Positions 1 through 10,782 are shown, numbered from the stretch's first letter. The stretch: DNA of 62,219 nucleotides from Cyanophyceae cyanobacterium (GCA_038321985.1 JBBQFN010000030.1:1-62219), one strand, 5' to 3'. Notes: generated by a model not told the origin, from the sequence alone. A program made the numbers and translations.

Positions 1-313
1 CAAATCTAAGCGGTTGAAAGCAGCTTATGAATACAAAGAAGAATTCCGAACCATTTATGAAACGAGTCAAAGTGTTTCAGAAGGCTTAGAGCGTTTTCAA
101 GAATGGTTAAAGAACGCTCGCCAAGTATATGGCAAAGTTATCAATACTATTTCCCAGCATTTATCAACAATTTGTAATTACTTTATTAGTCATGCTAGTA
201 GTGGAGTCATGGAGGGAATTAACAACAAGATAAAGCTCGTAAAGCGACAAGGGTATGGATTTAGAAATTTTGAAAACTTTCGGTTACGTCTTTTAGCAGC
301 TTTTTCATCATAG
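1..313 (+). mobile_element. ISL3-family transposase, C-terminal part (runs off left edge)
   Basis: Motif SSGVMEGINNKIKLVKRQGYGFRNFENFRLR is typical of DDE_Tnp_ISL3 C-termini; frame is open from position 2. Confidence 0.9.
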
Positions 314-378
314 TCATTATAAATTAGAGAGGTAGCCACTCAAAAACATTTAAACGCTCAGTAACTAATTAGAAAAAC

Positions 379-403
379 TTATCACCAAAAAGTCTGAAGA
401 GCC
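379..403 (+). repeat. Probable right terminal inverted repeat of the ISL3 element, followed by an AT-rich putative target duplication (aaattttt, 404-411)
   Basis: ttatcaccaaaaagtctgaagagcc ends in GAGCC as ISL3 ends do (5'-GGCTC on the other strand); lies about 70-90 nt after the transposase stop. Confidence 0.7.
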
Positions 404-568
404 AAATTTTTTTTAGTCCGAAATCATTGGCTCACTAAAATTAAACAAAAAAACTCCCCACGACGCGGGGGAGCGCCAAAGCACCCAGTTTAAAATTTAT
501 AGAGCCTCAAACAGCCCCCGGTATTGACCATTAATTTATTCCCTTAACGGAGTCCATGACTCTAGGAT

Positions 569-1399
569 TTAACCTTCATTTTGAATCAAGGTTTGCTGCT
601 TTTTTTTTCCATATCTAAGCGCTCCCAATCCAATGAATAAGAGAGCCGTTGTAACTGTAGGTTCCGGAATCTGTTTGGGACTTTCTGCGGAGTTGCCTAA
701 ATTGATAGTACCCCGACCCGTGCCGCTATCCCCTACAAAGGTCTGTCCATCAATGCTTTGGTAGCGTACACCAAAGTTGTTCAGGGCAAAGGTTTGGACA
801 TTACCGGACAAAGCTAGAGTCGCTTTGAAGTTTTGGGTATTGCCTGTACTGACGCCGCCACCATTGCCTTCACCTCTGCCACCCTGACATTTGTTCCCAT
901 TGGTGAAGCAGACATCAATATTACCAAACTGATTGGGGAAGGAGCCACTTAGGTCATTGGTAAATAGGCCGTCAACCCGGGTGTTGCCGGAACCCGAGGG
1001 ATCGCCGACGCCGACTAGGTTCAGCTTTGAACCGAGACTGGTGCCATCAAAGTTCCAGACATTGAACCCTAACGCCGAGGTTCGGGAGGTGATGTTCTGG
1101 CTAGAGGTGTTTGTGAGTTTTACATCAAAAATCGCCTCGGTTTTGCTGCCCAAGGTTGTAAAACCCCCGAACTTAAAAATAGCCGTCGAGGAGAGTCCAG
1201 AAACGTTTTTTTCATCTACGTTCCCGTCAAAATTAAGAGTAAACTCCTTGCCGATATCACTGGCGCTAATGCCCACCGTCTTACTCCCGTCAAAGAGAGT
1301 AAACGCTGAGGCAGAAGAAGCGGCCACCGTAAAGGTGTAAAACCCTACGGAGCCGATGACTGATAGTCCTAAAGTAACTTGTCTGAGTAGTCTAAACAT
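569..1399 (-). CDS. PEP-CTERM sorting-domain protein, probably cistern family
   Basis: N-terminal signal (ASSASA-F); C-terminal IPEP + TM helix + KKKQ; internal CFTNGNKCQGG and FGVRYQSI motifs. Confidence 0.85.
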   Translation of the reverse strand: MFRLLRQVTLGLSVIGSVGFYTFTVAASSASAFTLFDGSKTVGISASDIGKEFTLNFDGNVDEKNVSGLSSTAIFKFGGFTTLGSKTEAIFDVKLTNTSSQNITSRTSALGFNVWNFDGTSLGSKLNLVGVGDPSGSGNTRVDGLFTNDLSGSFPNQFGNIDVCFTNGNKCQGGRGEGNGGGVSTGNTQNFKATLALSGNVQTFALNNFGVRYQSIDGQTFVGDSGTGRGTINLGNSAESPKQIPEPTVTTALLFIGLGALRYGKKKQQTLIQNEG

Positions 1400-1867
1400 A
1401 TTTCTCTACTGAATCCTACCAGCATAATTTGTGAAATCGAACCGACGGTTTTTGCACTTTTGCTGGGCTCTTATGGTCAGCGTATTAGTGCTAACCCATT
1501 TTCAATTACACTCAGCTCCTAAATCGGTTCACCCCTAGACCTCCTCAGTTGCAGGCCCCACACCCATTTGGGGAGCGATCGCCAGTACACCCTTCAACTG
1601 TATCCATAGGAACCTAGCTCTGTCCATAGTTTTGGCCTAGCTTTGTAAAATCTTTATAGAAAGGACTTTAATTTAAGAAGTTCCGAGACTTTAGCCCCGG
1701 TGGGAATAATAAAGTTTTGATAAAGACGGAATTTTAGGGCGCAAAAAGTCCCCGAGCAATAAACTGGGGACTTGATGAGGCGATCGCCGATTCAGTTTTT
1801 TTACATCCTTAATGGTGCAGTAGTCTTCAGTAGAAACCCGGAACTTTATAGGGGATGGATTGAGGGA

Positions 1868-3598
1868 TTACTGAGGGGCTACAGCATAATCAATCAGTTG
1901 GGCCATTCTTTGGCGCAGGGTTTCCAGTCCTAGGCGAGCACTAGCGGAGATAAATACCGCCAGAGGAAACTCTTCCTTGGCGATCGCCAGGGTTTCCCCG
2001 TCCACTGCATCAATCTTATTAAAGGCAATCAAAGCAGGTCCTGGGGTAACCGGCATTTCGCCCAAAATTTTCATCACCGAGCGAATCTGACTTTGCCATG
2101 CAGCATGGGATAAGTCTACAACGTGCAGTAAGGCATCCGCTTCTGTGACTTCCTCTAAGGTGGCACGGAAGGCATCCATCAAGGAAGGGGGTAATTCGTG
2201 AATGAATCCCACCGTGTCTGTTACGACAAGAGACAGAGACTCTCCCAGGACACTAGGAATCACTAATCTGCGGGTAGTTGGATCCAAGGTGGCAAAAAGT
2301 TGGTCGGCAGTATAAATTTCCGCATTCGTCAGAGCATTGAGCAGGGTAGATTTCCCGGCATTAGTATAACCGACGATCGCCACGGAAGGGACATCTTGAT
2401 GTTGGCGTCGCTGGCGCATTCGCGATCGATGCGCCTGCAATTCGGTGACTTCCTGTTGTAGGCGAGCAATTCGGCGCTGAATGGCGCGGCGTTCTGTTTC
2501 TAGTTTGGTTTCTCCAGGGCCTCTAGTCCCGATTCCACCCCCTAACCGGGACATCGCTTGACCTCGACCCGTAAGGCGGGGCAGCATATATTCCAGTTGG
2601 GCTAATTCGACTTGGAGTTTACCGGCCCCAGATTGGGCGCGTTGGGCAAAAATATCTAGAATCACTTCAGTGCGATCGACCACCCGGACCCCAATTTGGA
2701 CTTCGAGGTTACGGACTTGTGACGGAGAAAGTTCGCGATCAAACACAATCAGATTGCTGCCGAGAGTTTGTGCCGTGAGGGCAATTTCTTCCACCTTACC
2801 TTTTCCGACCACCGTTTGGGGATGGAGGCGGGGACGTTTCTGGCGCATCGTTTGCAGGACCGTTCCTCCGGCAGTATCAACCAAACGCGCCAGTTCCGTG
2901 AGTCCGTCTTCAAATTGAGCTTCCTTGAGATTATTAGTCATTACCCCGACTAATAGGGCGCGATCATGGTCCGCATCCACATCACGGGCGATAAATTCCC
3001 GCTGGAATTCCGCTTCCAGATTCTCGACGAGTTCTAGGAAATCCTGTAGGGAGAGGGCATCCAGACTCATCGGGGGGGAAACCGTCCAACTGGCGATCGC
3101 CTCCGTGCCCTCTTCCTCTTCCATTCCCGTTTGGGGAATCAAATGTGCCAAATAGGACTCACTCACATAACCCGTAGCCCCACCGCCACGCCGTTCAAAC
3201 CCCTCCCCCGTCAGATTCAGCACAACCAACGCATCCAACCGCTGAATTGCCATTGACGTTAGAGAAGATTCACTCAGACCTTCTCCTTTTAACTGAGTAG
3301 AAATACAGCGAATCCCACTGAGACGGCCCTCACCATAGCGGGGTAATTCCATTGCTGGAATTTGGGTTTGACGCGGTGAACCCACCCCTACCCGGATCAC
3401 CTGACCCCGGCGATTGATGTAAACACAAACCGAATCCTTAATTTCGGTGCTAATAGCAGCTAAACGCTGGGCAAACTCCGAGGTAGTAATCGCATCCACC
3501 GGAAGCTTTTGGTGGTACAGGCGGTTAAGTTGCTTAAGTTGACTCGATTTAAGACCTTGTAGCTGTCCGTATATCGTTTCGATAGGCGTAGTGACCAG
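1868..3598 (-). CDS. hflX: GTPase HflX; start uncertain (CTG 3598, ACG 3589 or ATC 3583), upstream of the ORF-track GTG at 3499
   Basis: [27 protein letters not shown] motifs; conserved cyanobacterial N-terminus [19 protein letters not shown] is encoded upstream of the called start. Confidence 0.93.
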   Translation of the reverse strand: MVTTPIETIYGQLQGLKSSQLKQLNRLYHQKLPVDAITTSEFAQRLAAISTEIKDSVCVYINRRGQVIRVGVGSPRQTQIPAMELPRYGEGRLSGIRCISTQLKGEGLSESSLTSMAIQRLDALVVLNLTGEGFERRGGGATGYVSESYLAHLIPQTGMEEEEGTEAIASWTVSPPMSLDALSLQDFLELVENLEAEFQREFIARDVDADHDRALLVGVMTNNLKEAQFEDGLTELARLVDTAGGTVLQTMRQKRPRLHPQTVVGKGKVEEIALTAQTLGSNLIVFDRELSPSQVRNLEVQIGVRVVDRTEVILDIFAQRAQSGAGKLQVELAQLEYMLPRLTGRGQAMSRLGGGIGTRGPGETKLETERRAIQRRIARLQQEVTELQAHRSRMRQRRQHQDVPSVAIVGYTNAGKSTLLNALTNAEIYTADQLFATLDPTTRRLVIPSVLGESLSLVVTDTVGFIHELPPSLMDAFRATLEEVTEADALLHVVDLSHAAWQSQIRSVMKILGEMPVTPGPALIAFNKIDAVDGETLAIAKEEFPLAVFISASARLGLETLRQRMAQLIDYAVAPQ

Positions 3599-4063
3599 GA
3601 ACCTGGCCCTCCGAACTCTTTACCTCTTTATTTTATCTTGAATGAAGGGATGGTGAGGGGGGGAACGTTTGGGGTTTCCGGCAAGTGGGATTAATCCGGT
3701 TTGCCGATTAAAACCGCTATTTATGATTAAAGCCAGGTAAGGGATAGAGTTGGATTGAAGCAAGAGGGGCGATCGGTCAAACATCCTGGGTAGTTATTGC
3801 TACTCCCACAAAATCCTATCTTTTAAAATTTATTCACACGTATCAAGTCAGTTTTTTTAATTCTTACCTTCATGTTTTAAGGTGCTACAAGTCCCTTAAA
3901 TTTAGGTTGAGTTTAGCGTTTAATTGATATTTTCAGGTTGTAAAATGCTTATTTTTTAAGCCGTTGCCGGATTTTCTACGATAATTCCTTCCCTTTGATA
4001 AAGATTGACGAGCATGAATATCAAGGATTGTCAGGAGATAAGCCACGTGATTGCTCTTGTCCT

Positions 4064-4720
4064 TTAACTCCCACTTTGAGCGATCGCCGCTTCAAATTCT
4101 GCCAATGCCTCATAGGTTCCCACTTGCCAAGCGCGTTCGACTACAGTCGGAATAATTTGGGCGATCGCCATTTCGGGAAAAATCGGACTATTCTGTGCCG
4201 TGACATACTCTCCCTCTTGTAATAAATAGATAGTGAGTTTGGACTGATTATATACCCAAACTTCGGGGCATCCAATGGCTTTATAGGCTTCGATGGTTGT
4301 TTTAGAAGTGACATCAGTTTCTATTGCCAAATCTGGCGGAGGGTCATTCGGTTCCAGGCGGCGACGTCCGATCATCCGTCGATAATTCTGGATATAAAAA
4401 CTAGCATCGGGTTCAATTCCTGCCATTCCTTCTCGTTTAAAGGTGGTTGATCCAAAGGGTTCGTATCTAGTGCCTTTAGCCTTCAGTAAAGTTTTGACAA
4501 TATCGGAGATAATATCATTGGGTTTTTCATGTTCTGGTAAGGGGACCATAATTTGTAAGGTGCTGTGACTGTAGGCAATGCGGGAAGAGCGTTTTTCTCC
4601 CAGTTCTTCTAATAGTTTCTCAAATTCCTGCCAACTGATGTTGGAAATGGTAACGGTGCTCCCGGGTTCTAGCTTTATTTCACTAACGGGTTTGACAATG
4701 TTGGTGATAATGGTCATCAT
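4064..4720 (-). CDS. Uma2-family (PD-(D/E)xK-like) endonuclease-fold protein
   Basis: ISWQEFE, MVPLPEHE, IEPDASFY, PPDLAIETD, GCPEVWVY motifs. Confidence 0.9.
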   Translation of the reverse strand: MMTIITNIVKPVSEIKLEPGSTVTISNISWQEFEKLLEELGEKRSSRIAYSHSTLQIMVPLPEHEKPNDIISDIVKTLLKAKGTRYEPFGSTTFKREGMAGIEPDASFYIQNYRRMIGRRRLEPNDPPPDLAIETDVTSKTTIEAYKAIGCPEVWVYNQSKLTIYLLQEGEYVTAQNSPIFPEMAIAQIIPTVVERAWQVGTYEALAEFEAAIAQSGS

Positions 4721-4753
4721 TAAAAAAACAGTAATTTATTCTCGAATTAGTCT

Positions 4754-5317
4754 TTATTCTAACAGCCAATTAAATATTTCTGCCACCGTTAGTCGCAAGC
4801 CGCTAGCAAAGGCAGGAACAGGAATTTCCTGTTCGGGTTCGTCAAAAACTTCTGGCTGTTGGTGAGGATAATACACAAAAATAATCTGGTCAGTGGGGTC
4901 AATAAGCCAGCCCATTTGAGTGCCATGTTTAAGGGCGTGTAGAATTTTTTTGGTAACTTTTGTAACCCGTTGTTCGGGAGAAAGTATTTCTATCATCCAA
5001 TCTGGGGAGTCGTTAAATACATTGGCTACTCCGCCATTTTCTTTTCTCGGAATTTTCTGCCAAGTAAAGACGGCAATATCAGGAACAATTGTCCGTCCAT
5101 CAAAGATACACCGCAGTTCTGGGAAAGCCCGGGCTATTTTCTGAGGCTTAACAACGGCAGTAATCGCGATAATGAGTTCAGCTTGGATCGTGCTATGTTC
5201 TCCTTGGGGCATGGGTTTCTGAATGATTTTACCTTCAAAATATTCACTAGCAGGTTTGGTTTCGGGGAGTTTGAGAAACTCTTCTAAGGTTAAGGACTTG
5301 GATGAGGTTTGGACCAT
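4754..5317 (-). CDS. Uma2-family protein
   Basis: LEEFLKLPETKPASEY, KPMPQGEHS, VPDIAVF, PDWMIEILSP, GWLIDP; ATG at 5317 preferred. Confidence 0.9.
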   Translation of the reverse strand: MVQTSSKSLTLEEFLKLPETKPASEYFEGKIIQKPMPQGEHSTIQAELIIAITAVVKPQKIARAFPELRCIFDGRTIVPDIAVFTWQKIPRKENGGVANVFNDSPDWMIEILSPEQRVTKVTKKILHALKHGTQMGWLIDPTDQIIFVYYPHQQPEVFDEPEQEIPVPAFASGLRLTVAEIFNWLLE

Positions 5318-5393
5318 ATTAGGGTATCTCCAAAAGTAGCGAGTTGGGTGGGCGATCGCCCACCCCAATTTTAGACTATTATAGCGATCTCAA

Positions 5394-6629
5394 CTAGAGT
5401 TTCAGTTTCTGAGTAATCCGTTGCATTGCTTCTTCCACATTATCTCGGCTGTTAAAGGCAGAAATACGGAAGTATCCTTCCCCAGCGGCACCAAAACCAG
5501 AACCGGGAGTTCCGACTACATTTACCACTTGCAGCAATTTATCGAAGAAATCCCAACTCGATAAACCATTGGGAGTTTTCACCCAGACGTAAGGTGCATT
5601 AATACCTCCGTAAACGGACAATTTAGCTGCGGTTAATTCTTCGCGGATAATTTTAGCGTTTTCTAAGTAGAAACTAACCAATTCTTTGACTTGTGCTTGT
5701 CCTTCTTCAGAATAAACGGCTTCGGCACCCCGTTGAACGATGTAGGAAACGCCATTAAATTTGGTGGATTGGCGACGGTTCCACAGTTTCCAAATTTCGA
5801 CATCGGACCCATCAGAGGCTTTTGCCATCAGGGTTTTGGGAACGACGGTTAAAGCGCAACGAGTCCCCGTAAATCCGGCATTTTTGGAGAAGGAACGGAA
5901 CTCTATCGCACAATCTTTTGCCCCTTCTATTTCATAGATGGAATGGGGGAGATTGGGGTCAGTAATGAATGCTTCATAAGCGGCATCAAAGAAAATAATT
6001 GAGCCATTTTCTTTCGCATAGTCTACCCATTTTTTAAGGTAGTCTTTAGTAGCGGTTGAACCTGTGGGATTATTGGGAAAACACAGGTAAATTAAGTCAA
6101 CTTTCTCAGTGGGAATTTCAGCAGTAAAGTCATTTTCGGCGGTGATGGGGAGATAGACTAATCCTTCATACTCCCCTTTATCGTTAGCGGATCCAGTGTG
6201 TCCAGCCATGACGTTTGTATCCACATAAACGGGATAAACTGGGTCGGTAACGGCTATTTTGTTGGTCTTGCCGAAGATATCAAGAATGTTGCCGGTGTCA
6301 CACTTGGAACCGTCAGAAATGAAGATTTCCGAGGCATCGATCGCACATCCACGAGATTGGAAGTCGTGGGTGGCAATTTTCTCGCGCAACCAGGCATAAC
6401 CTTGTTCGGGACCGTACCCTTTGAAGTTGCTGCGATCGCCCATGTCTTCCACGGCTTTTATCATTGCTTTGCGGCAAGCTTCGGGTAGGGGTTCGGTGAC
6501 ATCGCCGATGCCGAGTTTGATGATTTTGGCGTCGGGATTCGCTTCGGCAAAGGCATTCACCCGACGGGCAATTTCTGGAAACAGGTAACCCGCTTTGAGT
6601 TTGAGGTAGTTGTCGTTAATGGTTGCCAT
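5394..6629 (-). CDS. dapL: LL-diaminopimelate aminotransferase
   Basis: [46 protein letters not shown] (PLP Lys). Confidence 0.96.
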   Translation of the reverse strand: MATINDNYLKLKAGYLFPEIARRVNAFAEANPDAKIIKLGIGDVTEPLPEACRKAMIKAVEDMGDRSNFKGYGPEQGYAWLREKIATHDFQSRGCAIDASEIFISDGSKCDTGNILDIFGKTNKIAVTDPVYPVYVDTNVMAGHTGSANDKGEYEGLVYLPITAENDFTAEIPTEKVDLIYLCFPNNPTGSTATKDYLKKWVDYAKENGSIIFFDAAYEAFITDPNLPHSIYEIEGAKDCAIEFRSFSKNAGFTGTRCALTVVPKTLMAKASDGSDVEIWKLWNRRQSTKFNGVSYIVQRGAEAVYSEEGQAQVKELVSFYLENAKIIREELTAAKLSVYGGINAPYVWVKTPNGLSSWDFFDKLLQVVNVVGTPGSGFGAAGEGYFRISAFNSRDNVEEAMQRITQKLKL

Positions 6630-6780
6630 CGTCAATCGTTAAAAACGTCGTATTACAGCTTACTGCCAATGGTGGCATCAGGGATAGGGGGTGGAGTTAC
6701 TATCTCTGTTACTGCTAATATTAAGTCTATAGCTACCCCTGGAAACCCTATTACTACCGATAGATTTGTCCGATTAATTC

Positions 6781-7620
6781 TTATTCGCCGGCAGGCTTAT
6801 GTCCCACTATATAAAATAGGGTGATATCGTTCCAAATTCCTTCTTCGGCAACTAACGATTCTAATTCAGTAAAATACTGTGCTTTGGCGGAATTTAATTG
6901 TTCTGAATTCAGGTGTTGGACGAAATTTAGCTGCGTCAGAGGATTGTTTAAAATTGTGTTCCACAATTTTTGAGCAGATTCTAAGGTTAAATAATTTCCA
7001 AATTGCTCGTCAGTGACTTTGATTCGTTCAAACCCGGCTGTTTCCAGGAGGTGTCTACATTTTTCTGAAGTTCCTGTTAATTCGTTCCAGTTTGGCAAGT
7101 TTAACCCGTAATTTTCGGCAATTTTTATTAACAGATTCCCGAAAATATAAGCAGTTTCTGCCACCCCTGTTATAGCGAGAATTCCCCCAGGTTTAAGAAA
7201 GTCATGCCAACGGCGTAAGTTAGCCGGAATGTTGGGAAGATAAGGAATGCCACAACAACAGAAAATTCGGTCGAAATGGTTGTCAGGAAGTGTTACACTT
7301 TCTACATCAGCTTGCTTAAGTTCAATATTCGTTAAACCGGCAGCTTTTATCTTGCTTTGAGCTTGGTTTAGCATTCCTGGAGATAAATCTATTCCCACTA
7401 CTGAACCGCTACTTCCTACAATATGGGCGGCTTCAATGGCGACTAAACCCGTTCCCGTTGCCATGTCTAAGATATGCTGTCCCGGGTGAATGTCAGCACA
7501 TTGGATCAGATGATGGGCAGCAATGGGGTGAAAATCACTTTCATTATCATAGTTTATGCGGCTATTAAAATAATCAGAAAGTTGGTGTTTGTAGTCGTTA
7601 AGACTGAGAGAATCATTCAT
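6781..7620 (-). CDS. Class I SAM-dependent methyltransferase (UbiE-like)
   Basis: ILDMATGTG motif I, VVGIDLSPGML, LKPGG; ATG at 7620 preferred. Confidence 0.85.
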   Translation of the reverse strand: MNDSLSLNDYKHQLSDYFNSRINYDNESDFHPIAAHHLIQCADIHPGQHILDMATGTGLVAIEAAHIVGSSGSVVGIDLSPGMLNQAQSKIKAAGLTNIELKQADVESVTLPDNHFDRIFCCCGIPYLPNIPANLRRWHDFLKPGGILAITGVAETAYIFGNLLIKIAENYGLNLPNWNELTGTSEKCRHLLETAGFERIKVTDEQFGNYLTLESAQKLWNTILNNPLTQLNFVQHLNSEQLNSAKAQYFTELESLVAEEGIWNDITLFYIVGHKPAGE

Positions 7621-7669
7621 TTTTATTCTCCGATTTTTAGGCTTTACTGCCCCGATTTTTCGCGATGAT

Positions 7670-7703
7670 GTAGGTGAAGGACACGGCAGTGCCATGTCCC
7701 TAC
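7670..7703. repeat. REP-like GTAG...CTAC hairpin
   Basis: gtaggtgaaggacacggcagtgccatgtccctac; the same GGACACGG...CC(A/G)TGTCC stem recurs at 31653-31677. Confidence 0.6.
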
Positions 7704-7731
7704 TAGGCTTAGATTAAATCAACTTTTCATT

Positions 7732-8571
7732 TTAGGCAACGCCGTACTTTTCAAACCAAGTGAGAAGGCGATTCCAGGCGGCTGTCGCAACTTCTGGGCG
7801 GTAGGTAGGGCGGTAGTCGGCATGGAATCCGTGGGGTATATTGGGGTAGAGGATAATTTCGGAATTGCTGTTGCCAGCTTGGAGGCGATCGCGCATTTGG
7901 GCGACGGTATCGTTAGGAATTAAGTCATCCTCTCCCCCGTATAATCCCAAAATGGGTACGGTTAACTCCTCGGCAATATCTAGGGGATGTTGGGGGGTTA
8001 GCGGCGTGGATTCACCGGATAAGCGCCCATACCAGGCAACTCCAGCCGTGACTTGGGGGTTATGTGCGCTATACAACCAGACAATCCGTCCACCCCAGCA
8101 AAAGCCTGTGATACCTAGCTTTTCGGTGTTTCCTTTACTGGCGGTTTGCGCCCAAGCAACGGTAGCATCGATGTCGGACATCACTTGTTCATCGGGTACT
8201 TTAGATACGACTTCGGAGATAATTTTTTCGATGTCCTCCATCTGGGATACATCTCCTTGTCTGGCAAACATTTCGGGGGCGATCGCGAGATAACCCTCTT
8301 TTGCCAATCGCCGGCAGACATCCTGGATATGTTCGTGAACCCCAAAAATTTCCTGGATGACTAAGATTACCGGGAAATTTTGTCCGGTGGCAGGCATGGC
8401 GCGATAGGCGGGGATTTCTCCATCGGCAACGGGGATAGCAACTTCCCCCGCCTCTAATCCTTCGGTATCAGTGGTGATGACTTGTTGTGCGAAAATTGGA
8501 TGTGCGGCTAGGGCAAATCCAGCGGCGATCGCACTCACTTTGATGAATTGTCGGCGTGTTAAGGGTTTCAT
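7732..8571 (-). CDS. Dienelactone hydrolase family protein with Tat signal peptide
   Basis: TRRQFIK twin-arginine motif; QEIFG, GFCWGG nucleophile elbow, HGF. Confidence 0.92.
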   Translation of the reverse strand: MKPLTRRQFIKVSAIAAGFALAAHPIFAQQVITTDTEGLEAGEVAIPVADGEIPAYRAMPATGQNFPVILVIQEIFGVHEHIQDVCRRLAKEGYLAIAPEMFARQGDVSQMEDIEKIISEVVSKVPDEQVMSDIDATVAWAQTASKGNTEKLGITGFCWGGRIVWLYSAHNPQVTAGVAWYGRLSGESTPLTPQHPLDIAEELTVPILGLYGGEDDLIPNDTVAQMRDRLQAGNSNSEIILYPNIPHGFHADYRPTYRPEVATAAWNRLLTWFEKYGVA

Positions 8572-8668
8572 AGGCAATGGGTCCTGTATGTTAAAGGAGT
8601 TATCCTGTCTAATTTTAATCGGAACCGACAGGTTTTGTTATTATATCTGCCCTGCGACTCTAGGTTAT

Positions 8669-9457
8669 TTAAAACCACAACCAGCCTAAAAATAACATCC
8701 CGATCGCCACAATCCCTGCAACTAAGGTGGCAGTTTCATTCAGCTTTTTTTCCGGCTGAAAGGCTTCTCTGGGAGAACTGGATGCGTCTTGTCTTTCGCG
8801 AACAGGTGTCCAATCTTCCTCTTCTAAACTTTTGGATAAACCCCGCCAGACTCGCGACTGAATTAAGGCATCTTTGTTTTTAATTCCCGTAACTACAACG
8901 AGGGATCCGTCTCTTTCCGGTAACCCATATTGTTCGAGTTGGGCAGCTAGGCTTTCTTTGGTGCGATCGGAATTTTTGGCCAATTTATCCGTCGAATGTT
9001 CCTCTCGTTCTCGGTTGGAATTTTGGGGGTAGCTGCCCAGATTAGCACTAACTGATAATCCCTTTAATAGTTCCCATTTTACGGTAAATCCGTCAGTTCC
9101 TCCAAAGGGAATCGCCCGGTCAATTTCTGCATCTAACCCGTCTTTTTTTTCGTCTAAAAAGGTGTTTAAGGCACGGATGGCAACGGCCCGTAACTGTTGC
9201 TCATTAGCTGCGGAATCTTCAGCAACCCAGGCGATAGAATTGCGAATGGCCCGATCCCGAAAATCTGTACGTCCCCTTGCCTCTAAACCCGTAATTAGTA
9301 ATAGTAAGCAACCGTTATATCGGCCCAATACAAGAGAAGGCGATTCAGCTTGAATCGAGTCGGTGACCCGATTTAACGTTAGAATTGAAGGGGTTTCCGG
9401 TAGCCAACAATAACCCTCTTCCTGAGAAAATCCCCGGCTTTTAACATAAATTTTCAT
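8669..9457 (-). CDS. Hypothetical protein with C-terminal TM anchor; downstream partner of two GTPases
   Basis: 262 aa ORF starting 9 nt after the stop of the upstream GTPase; ends in hydrophobic LVAGIVAIGMLFLGWLWF. Confidence 0.75.
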   Translation of the reverse strand: MKIYVKSRGFSQEEGYCWLPETPSILTLNRVTDSIQAESPSLVLGRYNGCLLLLITGLEARGRTDFRDRAIRNSIAWVAEDSAANEQQLRAVAIRALNTFLDEKKDGLDAEIDRAIPFGGTDGFTVKWELLKGLSVSANLGSYPQNSNREREEHSTDKLAKNSDRTKESLAAQLEQYGLPERDGSLVVVTGIKNKDALIQSRVWRGLSKSLEEEDWTPVRERQDASSSPREAFQPEKKLNETATLVAGIVAIGMLFLGWLWF

Positions 9458-9466
9458 TGTTTTTTC

Positions 9467-10429
9467 CTATCCAATATTTAGCCAATTTTGACCCTGCAAG
9501 ACGGCATAGGCCCCCGTATTTTTACAGCCTTTAGCAAATTCGCGTACCGCCTCTTTAAGGTGATTATCCAATCCTAACCAATCTCGGATAAAATTAAATA
9601 GCCCTAAATTCCGACGATCAAGATGTAGTCTTAGTAAAAATCGTAACAAATATCGTAAAGGCTGTTCGCTATCCTGGGGATTATATTGGGCATCATGACT
9701 GGTTTTTCTGAAAATAAATAAGGGTTTATTATCTAAGGTTTCAATTCTAGAAAATACCACCGTCCCTACGGTTTGAACCGGAGTGACAATCACCACGACT
9801 TTAGACAGCAAGGATTCGGATCTCAATAAGTCTAATAACCTCGCATATCCAGCTTGTACCTGCCTCACCAGTTCAGCCCTGCTTTTATCATCTTGCAAGT
9901 ATTTCTCGCAGCGTACAGGGGCAAAAATCACTAATCGCGGGGAATCTAATTCTCGATACACCCGCTGAAATAAATTAGCAATTTGTTGGGGTTTATTGAC
10001 TGCATCGTGCCACTGCCCGTTTTTTTCCATTAACGCTGGGGTATCAATGGCGATCGCCACTGCTGCTGATTCCCGCACAAATGTCTCTACTTTTTCCTTT
10101 TCCTCCCGAGAACTTTTAGCCGCCAGATATTCTCCCGGATAATCTTGAAAATGTAGAGTTAAAGATGGAATTGCCCCTTTTCTTCCCAGTTCAAAGAGGA
10201 AGGATTTATGTTGTTCTGTACTCTGCATCCATCCTTTTGTCTCAAAACTATCCGGTAGAGTTTTTAATTCTGCTAACCGTTCTTGTAGCAAAGCAGCACT
10301 TTCTAAATCCGGCGTCAATTGCAAGTTAGTTTGTCCAATATTGCGCTCAAATTGTTCATACATGGCAGTTAGAAGGCTAGTTTTACCCACGCCACTGGGT
10401 CCCAGCATGGTTACTTTTAATTCTTGCAT
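9467..10429 (-). CDS. Divergent TRAFAC-type P-loop GTPase
   Basis: G1 GPSGVGKT, G2-like QST, G3 DYPG; G4 position reads PVRCE. Confidence 0.8.
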   Translation of the reverse strand: MQELKVTMLGPSGVGKTSLLTAMYEQFERNIGQTNLQLTPDLESAALLQERLAELKTLPDSFETKGWMQSTEQHKSFLFELGRKGAIPSLTLHFQDYPGEYLAAKSSREEKEKVETFVRESAAVAIAIDTPALMEKNGQWHDAVNKPQQIANLFQRVYRELDSPRLVIFAPVRCEKYLQDDKSRAELVRQVQAGYARLLDLLRSESLLSKVVVIVTPVQTVGTVVFSRIETLDNKPLFIFRKTSHDAQYNPQDSEQPLRYLLRFLLRLHLDRRNLGLFNFIRDWLGLDNHLKEAVREFAKGCKNTGAYAVLQGQNWLNIG

Positions 10430-10782
10430 TATTTTCAGGGGTGTAAAGTTGACATCAGTGGTTTTTTAAGAATCTTATAATTACCAGAATTTAAGAGCGA
10501 TCGCCCTTTAGTTCTCCTTGCTTTATAATCATCTAGTAATAAACTTACTATCGGCAATTCTTCATTAATATTAATTTACTCTTGGGGGGTGACGACGGTT
10601 TCTCCTAATATGGGATTATAACCGATTTTTTGGGGGTTTTGGGAAAATAAACCCGTATCGCGACAGTGGCATAAGGGTAATTCCTTTTTAATTAGAGAGA
10701 ATGTAGAGGGTTATTCATGAAAGAAAGGGAAAGGGCCTAGAAAAAGCCCCCTACCTAAACAGTACGGGGATTTTTTAGCTTT

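Noticed and set aside
933..1340. Antisense/shadow ORFs (also 13281-13661, 14072-14509, 28900-29280 and others)
   Set aside because: Lie opposite or within well-supported genes; explained by codon structure
3790..3803. GTA-N8-TAC NtcA-like palindrome upstream of hflX
   Set aside because: No -10 element at the expected spacing and the short motif is expected by chance
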